Assembly: GCA_964016885.1 (NCBI GenBank)
Contig: OZ024762.1
Location: 28,272,001 to 28,336,000, forward strand
Length of the DNA: 64,000 bases
From: Eledone cirrhosa
Taxonomy: Eukaryota
Reading direction: 5' to 3'
In this document: positions 17,962-28,913 of the stretch, in pieces
How the letters are laid out: each line of letters begins with the position of its first letter
How positions within the stretch are numbered: position 1 is the first letter of the stretch
Notes under the pieces: generated by a model
The model's database searches: none
What the model saw: the letters and a program-made list of their open reading frames with translations, nothing else
Told to the model about the DNA's origin: nothing
Program-made: the position numbers and the translations under genes

Positions 17962-19131
17962 ATGTGGCCGGTGCTCTGGTGCAATAAGTAGCAGCAAGTG
18001 CCCACAAAATACTAGCTCCTTCAACTGCGCAGAGGGTTCTATAGAAATAGTGGACAGCTTCCGTTATCTGGGTGACAAAATCAGCAGTGGGGGAGGGTGC
18101 TCTGAAAGTACAGTAGCTAGAGTCAGAACTGGATGGAAAAAGTTCAGAGAGCTTATACCACTATTAGCCGCTAGAGGGTTCTCCCTAAAAATGAAAGGCA
18201 GGTTATACGATGCCTGCATACGAACAGCAATGCTGCATGGCAGTGAGACCTGGGCATTGTGTGCAGAGGATATACGCAGACTAGAGAGGAACGAAGCTTG
18301 CATGCTCCGCTGGATGTGCAATAGTAATATACGTGAACGGCAAAGCATAAACGAACTAAGGAAAAAATTAGAAATAAGAGGGATCAGATGTTGTTTACTC
18401 GAGAGAAGGCTACGTTGGTACGGTCACGTGATGCGCATGAAAGACGACAGCTGTATAACAAAGTGCAGGGCAATAAAGATAGACGGTAGCCACGGAGTAG
18501 GCAGACCCAGAAAAACATGGGACGAGCTGATAAATTCCGACCTCGCACGCTTACACCTCTCCAAGACAATGTCACTGGACCGAGACCTTTGGCGGTACTC
18601 AGTAATAGAGAAGACCCGCCTTACCTAAATACAAAGTAAAAACCTACTACAGTCAGTAGGCATCTCTATCAAAACACACCCCCGTCCCACCACCTCCACC
18701 CCACCCACACCGCCCCTTTCAATGTAAAGTTATGTTGGTCCCACAACATCCAGGCCGAAACAAATGAGATCGTGTAGGTGTCACGACAAAAAAAAAAACA
18801 CACAGTCCACGCTGTAAATGTGGCCGTGTAGGCAACACGGTAAAAACCCCCCAGCCCCACACTGTAAATGTGGTTGGTGTTAGGAAGGGCATCCAGCTGT
18901 AGAAAACCCGCCAGACAGTCCACGCTGTAATGTGGCCGTGTAGGCAACACGGTAAAAACCTCCCAGCCCCACACTGTAAATGTGGTTGGTGTTAGGAAGG
19001 GCATCCAACTGTAGAAAACCCGCCAGACAGTCCTATGCGAGCAAGACAACCACTCTTGCCTCAAGTGGGAAAACCCCCGTCCAAACCCATGCAAGCGTGG
19101 AACACGGACGCTAAATCTGATGATGATGATG

Positions 19132-19133
<2 letters not shown>
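17962..19133 (+). mobile_element. RTE subfamily B, copy 2 (5'-truncated)
   Basis: ORF 18050-18628 is the RTE C-terminus; the 3' UTR has two ~112-bp units; (GAT)n tail; flanked by TA/CA repeats. Confidence 0.93.
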
Positions 19134-19179
<46 letters not shown>

Positions 19180-19479
19180 CATCATCATCATCATCATCAC
19201 CGTTTTACGTCCGTTCTTCCACGCTAGCATGGGTTAGACGGGTTGTCCTGTTGTGGGCAGTGTCTGGTCGGCTGACCATGCCTTGCTCATACAGGAACTG
19301 ATCTGGCTTGATTTCTACAGCTGGATGCCCTTCCTAACACCAACCTCATTTACAGTGAGTGCTGGGTGCTTTTTCGTGGCGCCTACACGTCCACTTTACA
19401 GTGTGGGCTGGGTGCTTTTTTGCCGTGGCACCTCCACGACCACCTTGCGGTGGGGGGGGGGGCATATTGTTTATATGCT

Positions 19480-22400
19480 TCAGCATGTACCCATGGGAGG
19501 TCGGGTACCCTGTATTACTGCGTGACGCCAGAAGTCACGGTCGTGTGTCATTGACTTTGAGAGGTGTAGTTGGGTAAGGTCGGCTTTTATCACCTCATCC
19601 CAAGTCATCTTGGGTCTCCCCACTCCGCGGTTTCCATCAACTTCTAGTGCTCTGCACCTTTTTATGCAGCTGTCATCCTTCATACGCATCACATGTCCAT
19701 ACCAGCGTAACCGCCTCTCCTGCACGCAGCATTTGATTCCTCTTATGCTCAGTCTCTCTCTCAATTCATTTATGCTTTGTCGTTCACGTATATTACTGTT
19801 ACACATCCATCGGAGCATGCAGGCTTCGTTTCTCTCTAATCTACGTAAGTCTTCCACCTTCAGCGCCCAGGTCTCACTACCATGCAACATCGCTGTTCGG
19901 ATACACGCATCATACAGTCTGCCTTTCATTCTGAGGGAGAAGCCTTTTGCAGCTAGCAGTGGTAGTAGTTCCCTAAACTTCTTCCATCCCGTTCTTACCC
20001 TAGTTATTGTACTTTCTGAGCACCCACCTCCGTTGCTAATTCGGTCACCTAGGTAGCAGAAGCTGTCTACTGTTTCTACAGGGCCCTCCCAGAGATTGGT
20101 GGTACTTGTTTCCTGTGGCTGTTTGCTTGCTGTTTCAGCACAGCTGCTGCATGTGAATCCTACATTCTTAATTAAGCTTCCTGAGATCCCGCTACATCTC
20201 TTGTGCACCCATTGTTTGCATTTGGGGCAAAGAATGGAGTTCCTACCTACACCTTTCCTACATACTGAGCAAGGCCATTTCCCTGAGGGGATCTGGGTTC
20301 TGTTTTCTCGTCTACTTATAAGGACCTTAGTCTTTGTCATGTTGACTTTGAGGCCCTTTCTCTCTAGTCCCTGCTTCCAGGTTTGGAATTTATTCTCTAG
20401 TTCTACCATAGATTCAGCTATGAGTGCGAGGTCATCAGCATACAGGAGTTCCCATGGGCATCCGGTCTTAAACTCCTCCGTTATTGCCTGCAGGACTATG
20501 ATGAACAGGAGAGGGCTAAGAACAGAGCCCTGGTGGACCCCAACCTGTACGCTAAATTCCTCGCTATACTCATTGCCAATCCTAACTTTGCTGACTGCTC
20601 CCCTATACATGGCTTGTACCGCTTTCACAAGCCATTCATCTACTCCTAGTTTTCTAAGAGCCCACCAGATTACTGCACGTGGAACTCTGTCAAAGGCTTT
20701 CTCAAGGTCGACAAATGCCAAGTAGAGTGGCTTACTTTTAGCTAGGTACTTTTCCTGTAATTGCCTCACAAGGAAGAGCGCATCAGTGGTGCCTTTCCCT
20801 GGAACAAACCCAAATTGCATCTCGTCTATATTCACCCGGTCCCTAATCAGCTGTGCTATAACTCTTTCTGTTACTTTCATGACCTGGTCCATCAACTTTA
20901 TACCTCTATAGTTTCCTCTATCTAGTGCATCGCCTTTACCTTTGTAGCAGTTGACAATGATGCTACTGCACCAATCTTTTGGTATGGCCCCCTCTAGTAT
21001 TACCTGGTTAACGATACGTGTGGTTATAGTGTGACCTACAGACCCAGATGCCTTCAGCATCTCGGCAGCTATACCCGATGGACCGGTTGCCTTCCCTATC
21101 TTCATATCTCTGATTGCCTTACTTACTACGCTGCCGCTGACTTGTACTGCTGGTCCCTCTATAGGGTCTACGTGGGGTAGGGTCTCTTCTTCCCATGCAT
21201 TCTCCTCATTTAGTAATCTATCATAATGACTCTTCCATGCATCTTTCTTCTCAGCACTTGTGAGGGCAAGCTCACCTTTATCATTCCGGATACACTTCTC
21301 TCCAATGACATCACAACTATCTCTGACACACTGCCTCGCAATCTTGAATACCTCCTGTTTCTGGTCCTCACGTTGTAAAACATGCTTGAATTTTCTATCC
21401 TCTGCTTCCCTCCTAGCTAAGTATACTTGTCGCCTAGCTTCCCTCTTGGTCTCTATGTAATGTACCCTGCTCCCCCCGTTCTTCCATTCTTTCCATGCCT
21501 GTCTCTTGGCCTTGACTGCTTCATCTACCTTATTGTTCCACCACCAAGTCACTCTCCTCCTGCTTGAGGTCTTACTCCAGCCACAAACCTCATCCGTCGC
21601 CTCTAGTAAGTTATTTTTTAGGAACTCCCAGTTCTCTTCTACGTTAAATGTCTCTATCTGTTCTTCTTTACTGTCGTAGGCGTTGAGTAAAATATCTTTA
21701 AATCTGTTACTGGTTGAGGGGACTTTCAGCTTCCAGATCTTTCTTCTCCAGGTTGGCCTCTGTTTCAGGGCTCGTCTAGTTCTGACCGTGAGGTCGCTGA
21801 CAACTAAGCTATGTTGGGATGTACATTCCTCACTAGGGAAGGCTTTTGTGTTTACGACCGTCCATCTGTCACGTCCTCTGATGAGGATAAAATCTAACTG
21901 ACTAGAGTGCTCCCCTGATCTATAGGTGATCAGGTGGTTGTCGGGTTTTTTAAAGTTTGTGTTACATATCGACATGTCATTGGCGTCGCAGAATTCTAGA
22001 AGTCTGAATCCTTCCTCATTCCTTGTGCCAACTCCATGGCCTCCATGTACTCTATTGAAGCCGTCGCAGTGTTTACCTACGTGTCCGTTAAAATCTCCTG
22101 CAATGATTAGGAAGTCCTTGTCGTCTGTTAGAGCAGTAGTGTGTATTAGGGACTCGTAAAACCTATCCTTAAGTTCGTCTGGCAGCCCTGATTGGGGTGC
22201 GTAAGCTGATATTATTGTGGTAATTGTCTTATTCAGGACTAGTCTGAGTTTAATGATTCTTGCATTTACCCTGTACACTGAGATTACTTTATCTACCCAC
22301 TTGTCAGCTAATAGTATACCTACACCACCCATCCCATCGTCATTTCCCACCCAGAAAAATTTGTAGCACTGGCTTTTTCCTACAAGGACTCTAGCAGACC

Positions 22401-22599
22401 CTCCTCTCCATCTAGTCTCTTGCACACAGCATACATCAACTTCCTTTCCCTCTAGCATTTCTACGATTTCTCCTGCTCTTCCTTTCATTGAGCCTACATT
22501 GATGGTACCAACTCGGAGTTTTGGGCATTTGTCGACACTCGTAGGGGAGGGTCTCTGGGTTGGCGCTTCACGTGGGTGCTTGGTAGCTCGCAGATTCAT
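19480..22599 (-). CDS. RTE ORF: AP endonuclease + reverse transcriptase with an embedded PHD-type finger (1039 aa, uninterrupted)
   Basis: APE motifs GTINVG, VQETRW, SAYAPQ, GDFNGH and SQH. RT motifs FVDLEKAFD, GVHQGSVLSP and YADD. C4HC3 finger CSVC...CPKC...H..C...CSSC. Confidence 0.95.
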   Translation of the reverse strand: MNLRATKHPREAPTQRPSPTSVDKCPKLRVGTINVGSMKGRAGEIVEMLEGKEVDVCCVQETRWRGGSARVLVGKSQCYKFFWVGNDDGMGGVGILLADKWVDKVISVYRVNARIIKLRLVLNKTITTIISAYAPQSGLPDELKDRFYESLIHTTALTDDKDFLIIAGDFNGHVGKHCDGFNRVHGGHGVGTRNEEGFRLLEFCDANDMSICNTNFKKPDNHLITYRSGEHSSQLDFILIRGRDRWTVVNTKAFPSEECTSQHSLVVSDLTVRTRRALKQRPTWRRKIWKLKVPSTSNRFKDILLNAYDSKEEQIETFNVEENWEFLKNNLLEATDEVCGWSKTSSRRRVTWWWNNKVDEAVKAKRQAWKEWKNGGSRVHYIETKREARRQVYLARREAEDRKFKHVLQREDQKQEVFKIARQCVRDSCDVIGEKCIRNDKGELALTSAEKKDAWKSHYDRLLNEENAWEEETLPHVDPIEGPAVQVSGSVVSKAIRDMKIGKATGPSGIAAEMLKASGSVGHTITTRIVNQVILEGAIPKDWCSSIIVNCYKGKGDALDRGNYRGIKLMDQVMKVTERVIAQLIRDRVNIDEMQFGFVPGKGTTDALFLVRQLQEKYLAKSKPLYLAFVDLEKAFDRVPRAVIWWALRKLGVDEWLVKAVQAMYRGAVSKVRIGNEYSEEFSVQVGVHQGSVLSPLLFIIVLQAITEEFKTGCPWELLYADDLALIAESMVELENKFQTWKQGLERKGLKVNMTKTKVLISRRENRTQIPSGKWPCSVCRKGVGRNSILCPKCKQWVHKRCSGISGSLIKNVGFTCSSCAETASKQPQETSTTNLWEGPVETVDSFCYLGDRISNGGGCSESTITRVRTGWKKFRELLPLLAAKGFSLRMKGRLYDACIRTAMLHGSETWALKVEDLRRLERNEACMLRWMCNSNIRERQSINELRERLSIRGIKCCVQERRLRWYGHVMRMKDDSCIKRCRALEVDGNRGVGRPKMTWDEVIKADLTQLHLSKSMTHDRDFWRHAVIQGTRPPMGTC

Positions 22600-22899
22600 A
22601 TTTCATCTATTGATTCAGAGTTGCTCGTGTATTCCCAGCTCATCCATCCCTAACGGTTGGAAAATTGAGGGCTAGAAGGACAGTGGTGGTGGGGTAATGG
22701 CAGGGTGTGTTGGGATGCGAGGAGAGAGTTAGTTAGGCAGGTAGTAGCAGCAGCAGCAGTGGAAATGGCATGCTAGGTTTGATTGGTCGAATAGACTATG
22801 GTGGTGTGTGGGGGTGGGGGGGAGGGAAATTGTGAGGTAGGAACTGAGGGTCGCATGGTAAATATCCAAGTTAATACTACATCAGTAAAATTAACAATA

Positions 22900-23124
22900 A
22901 TAACGTCATGAAAAAAGCTACTAAGAGAAACCCTCGAAAATTTATCGCTAATACAGCAGGGAAAATTTAACGCTAATACAGCAGGGAACATCATAATATT
23001 AACGACATGAAAAAGCTACTAAGAGAAACCCTCGAAAATTTATCGCTAATACAGCAGGGAAAATTTAACGCTAATACAGCAGGGAACATCATAATATTAA
23101 CGACATGAAAAAGCTACTAAGAGA
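22900..23124. repeat. ~98-bp tandem repeat (about 2.2 copies) at the RTE 5' end
   Basis: CATGAAAAAGCTACTAAGAGA recurs at about 22907, 23006 and 23104. Confidence 0.9.
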
Positions 23125-23229
23125 TATATATATATATACACACATATATATATATATATACACACACATATATATATATATATATACACATATATATATA
23201 TATATATACACATATATATATATATATAT

Positions 23230-23272
<43 letters not shown>

Positions 23273-23612
23273 TATATATATATACACATACATATATATA
23301 TACACATACATACACACATATTTGCACGCATACATGCGCATGCACAAATATAGAAATATATACACATCTACATACTCACACAAATAAATATAAAAAAAAA
23401 TATATAATAAAAAGGAATATAAAGATTATTATAGTGCTGGCAGCGATACAGGCTGCACGCACGCACGCTGAAATAGCAATATATATGGATGTATATATAA
23501 TGTATTTTGCAATACACTTTATGCTTAATTAAAAGCATTTTGAAGACCGTAAGCTATTGTTTTAAAGTAGTGACAAATTCACTCACTTTGGTCTCAGCAA
23601 ACAGGGGAGATA

Positions 23613-23656
23613 AGCCGACAAGACTTGTTTCGCTTTGGTTGAAGCTTATCAAGGCC
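23613..23656 (-). ncRNA. Hammerhead ribozyme, U3:A8 core variant (intact)
   Basis: ggcc-TTGATAA-GCTT(CAACCA)AAGC-GAAA-CAAG(T)CTTG-TC-ggct. Confidence 0.8.
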
Positions 23657-23720
23657 AACTACCCCACCTGTTTACTGAGATCATTGATGTTATATTCTTA
23701 TAGAAACAGGTGGGGTAGTT

Positions 23721-23764
23721 GGCCTTGATAAGCTTCAACCAAAGCGAAACAAGTCTTCTCGGCT
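23721..23764 (+). ncRNA. Hammerhead ribozyme, U3:A8 variant (helix III G>C change)
   Basis: Same motif, reading GAAACAAGTCTTCTCGGC. Confidence 0.7.
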
Positions 23765-24036
23765 TATCTCCCCTGTTTGCTGAGACCAAAGTGAGTGAAT
23801 TTGTCACTACTTTAAAACAATAGCTTGCGGTCTTCAAAATGCTTTTAATTAAGCATAAAGTGTATTGCAAAATACTTTATATATACATCCATATATATAT
23901 TGCTATTTCAGAGCTCCAATTCTAATTTTTAATTTCTGCCTGACCAACAACCGCTCTGCATAATCAGCTCCTGATTATTTACTAGATTTCTATAAGAATA
24001 TAACATCAATGATCTCAGTAAACAGGTGGGGTAGTT

Positions 24037-24080
24037 GGCCTTGATAAGCTTCAACCAAAGCGAAACAAGTCTTGTTGGCT
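24037..24080 (+). ncRNA. Hammerhead ribozyme, U3:A8 variant (GUU site) with long helix I extension
   Basis: Same motif. GATCTCAGTAAACAGG (24011) pairs with CCTGTTTGCTGAGATC (24088), including one G.U pair. Confidence 0.75.
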
Positions 24081-24265
24081 TATCTCCCCTGTTTGCTGAG
24101 ATCAAAGTGAGTGAATTTGTCACTACTTTAAAACAATAGCTTACGGTCTTCAAAATGCTTTTAATTAAGCATAAAGTGTATTGCAAAATACATTATATAT
24201 ACATATATATATATATATTATGAAAATAAACCAAAGAAGCCTTCAATACATCAAAAGTCTTTATT

Positions 24266-24301
24266 AGCCATGTTTCGTCCTATTAAGGACTCATCAGGGC
24301 A
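24266..24301 (-). ncRNA. Degenerate hammerhead in a Penelope-like pLTR fragment
   Basis: gcc-CTGATGA-GTCC(TTAATA)GGAC-GAAA-CATG-ggc. The UH dinucleotide is missing. Confidence 0.55.
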
Positions 24302-24674
24302 ATTAAAGCTATAAGAAGCACTATCAGCCAATACAAGCCGAAAACTCAGAAGAATATGGAGTGTACATAGATTAAAGCATGGGAAAATAAAAAATTAAAA
24401 ATTATCAAGTAAAAATTGCTAAGGAAGTAAGTAACATTTTGAACCATATTACAAATATAGTTCAATGTAGAAACTCGAGCTAAAACAGAGGTGGTGATTT
24501 AGAGCGGGTATTATTGTACTATATATAATATAATATAATATAATATAATATAATTGCTAATAATAATAATGTTAAAAGGCCCAATATACACATATATATG
24601 TACACACATATACATATATATCAATACGCATTTCCATCAATAGAAGCACAAACTAACCCTTATTAAGAGTTTAA

Positions 24675-25124
24675 GGCGATATCCAATTTTCGCGGCCTAA
24701 ATGCCGCTTACTTGCTGTAGTTGCTGCTTACTTCAATGTATGAGGCTATTCCAACAAATTTACATTCCCTTTTTTTAGCCGTTAAAAGAAATATAGATTT
24801 ATTTAGTTTTTTGTTGTTCTTTTGCGATTTATTTGCCACTGGGGCATAGATTTCTTTATTTGCCACGTTTTTGTTTTTGTTTTTTTTTTTTTTGCGATTT
24901 ATTAGCCTTTTGGGGTCACACACACCCCCGTAGAAAGTGTGTGACCTTTCTGCCAGGGAGCACAGAGAGAGGGGGGGGTGCTCCCTTCTTCTCTTACCTG
25001 TACAAAGCATTTGTTGGCCGGCGACATATCCCCACAGTTTCCTCGTTCTGGGAATGTAAATTTGTTGGAATAGCCTCATACATTGAAGTAAGCGGCATTT
25101 AGGCCGCTAAAATTGGATATCGCC
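24675..25124. mobile_element. Merlin-like MITE with ~75-bp TIRs
   Basis: TIRs GGCGATATCCAATTTT...ACATTCCC and its reverse complement at 25050-25124. Flanks GAGTTTAA / GAGTTT(ca). The GGNRM terminus and ~8-bp TSD fit Merlin. Confidence 0.65.
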
Positions 25125-25130
25125 GAGTTT

Positions 25131-27524
25131 CATCATCATCATCAAGTTTAGCGTCCGTGTTCCACGCTTGCATGGGTTTGGACGGGGGTTTTCCCACTTG
25201 AGGCAAGAGTGGTTGTCTTGCTCGCATAGGACTGTCTGGCAGGTTTTCTACAGTTGGATGCCCTTCCTAACACCAACCACATTTACAGTGTGGGGCTGGG
25301 AGGTTTTTACCGTGTTGCCTACACGGCCACATTACAGCGTGAACTGTCTGGCGGGTTTTCTACAGCTGGATGCCCTTCCTAACACCAACCACATTTACAG
25401 TGTGGGGCTGGGAGGTTTTTACCGTGTTGCCTACACGGCCACATTACAGCGTGAACTGTCTGGCGGGTTTTCTACAGCTGGATGCCCTTCCTAACACCAA
25501 CCACATTTACAGTGTGGGGCTGGGAGGTTTTTACCGTGTTGCCTACACGGCCACATTACAGCGTGAACTGTCTGGCGGGTTTTCTACAGCTGGATGCCCT
25601 TCCTAACACCAACCACATTTACAGTGTGGGGCTGGGAGGTTTTTACCGTGTTGCCTACACGGCCACATTACAGCGTGAACTGTCTGGCGGGTTTTCTACA
25701 GCTGGATGCCCTTCCTAACACCAACCACATTTACAGTGTGGGGCTGGGAGGTTTTTACCGTGTTGCCTACACGGCCACATTACAGCGTGAACTGTCTGGC
25801 GGGTTTTCTACAGCTGGATGCCCTTCCTAACACCAACCACATTTACAGTGTGGGGCTGGGAGGTTTTTACCGTGTTGCCTACACGGCCACATTTACAGCG
25901 TGGACTGTGTGTTTTTTTTGTCGTGACACCTACACGATCTCATTTGTTTCGGCCTGGATGTTGTGGGACCAACATAACTTTACATTGAAAGGGGCGGGGT
26001 GGAGGTGGTGGGACGGGGGGGGGGTGTTTTGATAGAGATGCCTACTGACTGTAGTAGGTTTTTACTTTGTATTTAGGTAAGGCGGGTCTTCTCTATTACT
26101 GAGTACCGCCAAAGGTCTCGGTCCAGTGACATTGTCTTGGAGAGGTGTAAGCGTGTGAGGTCGGAATTTATCAGCTCGTCCCATGTTTTTCTGGGTCTGC
26201 CTACTCCGTGGCTACCGTCTATCTTTATTGCCCTGCACTTTGTTATACAGCTGTCGTCTTTCATGCGCATCACGTGACCGTACCAACGTAGCCTTCTCTC
26301 GAGTAAACAACATCTGATCCCTCTTATTTCTAATTTTTTCCTTAGTTCGTTTATGCTTTGCCGTTCACGTATATTACTATTGCACATCCAGCGGAGCATG
26401 CAAGCTTCGTTCCTCTCTAGTCTGCGTATATCCTCTGCACACAATGCCCAGGTCTCACTGCCATGCAGCATTGCTGTTCATATGCAGGCATCGTATAACC
26501 TGCCTTTCATTTTTAGGGAGAACCCTCTAGCGGCTAATAGTGGTATAAGCTCTCTGAACTTTTTCCATCCAGTTCTGACTCTAGTTACTGTACTTTCAGA
26601 GCACCCTCCCCCACTGCTGATTTTGTCACCCAGGTAACGGAAGCTGTCCACTATTTCTATAGAACCCTCTGCGCAGTTGAAGGAGCTAGTATTTTGTGGG
26701 CACTTGCTGCTACTTATTGCACCAGAGCACCGGCCACATGTAAAATCTATGTTCTTAGTTAGCTTACCTGTGATCCCACTACATCTTTTATGCACCCATA
26801 CTTTGCATTTGGGACATAAAATGGAGTTTCTACCTACGCCTTTCCTACACACTGAGCATGGCCATTTCCCAGATGGGACCGCCGCCTTATTTTCTTTCCT
26901 ACAAACTAGAACTTTAGTCTTAGCCAGGTTAATTTTAAGGCCTTTTGATTCTAGGCCGTGCTTCCATGTTTGGAATTTCTTCTCTAGTTCGGTCATTGAT
27001 TCAGCTATGAGCGTTAGATCATCTGCGTATAGGAGTTCCCATGGGCAGCCGGTCTTGAACTCCTCTGTTATAGCCTGAAGGGCAATAATAAATAGTAGGG
27101 GGCTAAGAACAGAGCCCTGATGGACACCAACTTTTACGCTAAACTCTTCACTATATTCGTTGTTAATTCTAACCTTACTGACTGTTTCTTTATACATGGC
27201 TTGTATAGCTCTCACAAGCCATTCGTCAACACCTAGTTTTCTAAGAGACCACCAGATAATGGAACGGGGGACTCTGTCGAAGGCTTTCTCCAAGTCGACG
27301 AAAGCTAAGTATAGGGGTTTACTTTTAGCTAGGTACTTCTCCTGTAGTTGTCGTACAATGAAAAGAGCGTCTGTGGTACTTTTGCCTGACACAAACCCGA
27401 ACTGCATTTCATCTAGATCAATTCTCTCTCTGATTAGTTGCGCTATTACTTTTTCTGTGACCTTCATGACCTGGTCGATTAATTTAATGCCTCTATAGTT
27501 ACTCCTATCTAGGGCATCTCCTTT
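25131..27524 (-). mobile_element. RTE subfamily B, copy 3 (5'-truncated)
   Basis: ORFs 26478-27520 and 26073-26471 are split by one TGA; (GAT)n tail at 25131. Confidence 0.95.
25230..25905. repeat. 112-bp tandem array (about 6 copies) inside the RTE 3' UTR
   Basis: GGATGCCCTTCCTAACACCAACC recurs every 112 nt (ORF starts 25370, 25482, 25594, 25706). Confidence 0.95.
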
Positions 27525-28913
27525 TAAATATAAATAAGAATAATAATAAAAATAATAATAATACAAATAGAAATAAAGAATAAAAATAATAATAATACGA
27601 ATAGAAATAAAGAATAAAAATAAGAATATAATACATATACTATTTACAGTATAAAATGAAGAATGATTAAAAGTAAGCATAAAAATATATAATAATAAAC
27701 TATATAATTATATAATAATATAATATAATAGATAATCTCCGGTTAATTTGCACAAACAATATAAATGTTACAATATAAGAATATAATATAGTGGCATATA
27801 ACTTAACAAATCATATAGAGTTACAGATAGGGTGAGAAAAGAACATTTTACAGAACTAAATTACATTGGAAAAATTGTTGGAAAAATATCAACACCATTA
27901 CAAGAAAATAGATGGGGTCAAATTTCTATACAGTTGGTGTAAATAAATATTAACCAACCGTTACAAAAATTATAAAAATATAAACATATTACAGGATTTA
28001 CGGAATTTAACATAATATAATGGTACATTCAATAATCAGTAAATAATAAAGATCAATAATACATTTACAAAGGGTGGAATGATATAAAACTTCAATATAA
28101 AACATTGAACATAGTATAATATACATAATTACATGGTGGTGGAGAGACATTTGTGAGTAAGTGGATAATAGCCAGACAGAAAGACTACACACGGTAGTAT
28201 GTATAAATAAATAAATAAAATCAACCGGAAATCGAAAAACAAAAGTATTTACTTAGGTGTCGCATACAGTTAAGTAAAAATTTTTTTGGGAAACAAACCC
28301 GGATAAATGACTAGAAAACCCTATTAAATTAATTAATATTGAAAGTACTTAAAATACATAAGTCCAAACAAAATTAGCTATGGTTTAAGTAATCAAAATC
28401 CCCAAAATTAAAAATATAACTATAAAAATATAAAAATATATCTGGAAAAAATGAAATATTCAACTATCAGTTGAATAACGTTATCTAATAAAACAGACAT
28501 CAAATAGAGTTATGGTAGGCCAATGGGGACAGAAAAAAGAAATATATGGAGGATATGAAGGAGCATAAAATCATAATCAACATACTGTATTATACAATAG
28601 AAAGGAGCATAAAAGGGAATTGAATATAATTATAGTATATTTGAAGGGGCGAGTGACAAGTGTGTATGTATGTGGGGGGGGGGGGGGGGTAGTTATCCAA
28701 GAAGAATCCAAATAAAATAAAATATCTAATCAGATATAAACTCATAAAGTGTTAATAGTGAAAATATCATATTTAAGGAGATAGAAATGGTATGGTAGCC
28801 AAAAGATTATGAAAGCTATAATGGGAAGCTGTCAAAAGCCAATGATAAAAATGATGATAATGATGGCGGTAAACATAATGAACCAAAACTAAAAAGATAA
28901 GGGAATGTAGCAG

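Larger units (their letters stand above)
19178..23124 (-). mobile_element. Full-length RTE subfamily A LINE
   Basis: Single APE-RT ORF, 3' UTR and (GAT)n tail at 19178-19199, C-rich 5' UTR with ~98-bp repeats. The 5' boundary is uncertain. Confidence 0.9.
23468..24203. mobile_element. ORF-less hammerhead-bearing repeat (retrozyme-like): one inverted plus two tandem copies
   Basis: 23468-23706 is the reverse complement of the following copies. The + copies repeat with a 316-nt period (GAAAC at 23746 and 24062). Each copy carries a hammerhead core. Confidence 0.75.

Noticed and set aside
22600-22900. HDV-like ribozyme in the RTE 5' UTR
   Set aside because: I could not identify the nested double pseudoknot by eye; it needs a descriptor search.
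23507-24186. Three similar 73-85 aa ORFs
   Set aside because: They start at TTG, lie antisense to the hammerhead strand and arise from the repeat; no protein motif.
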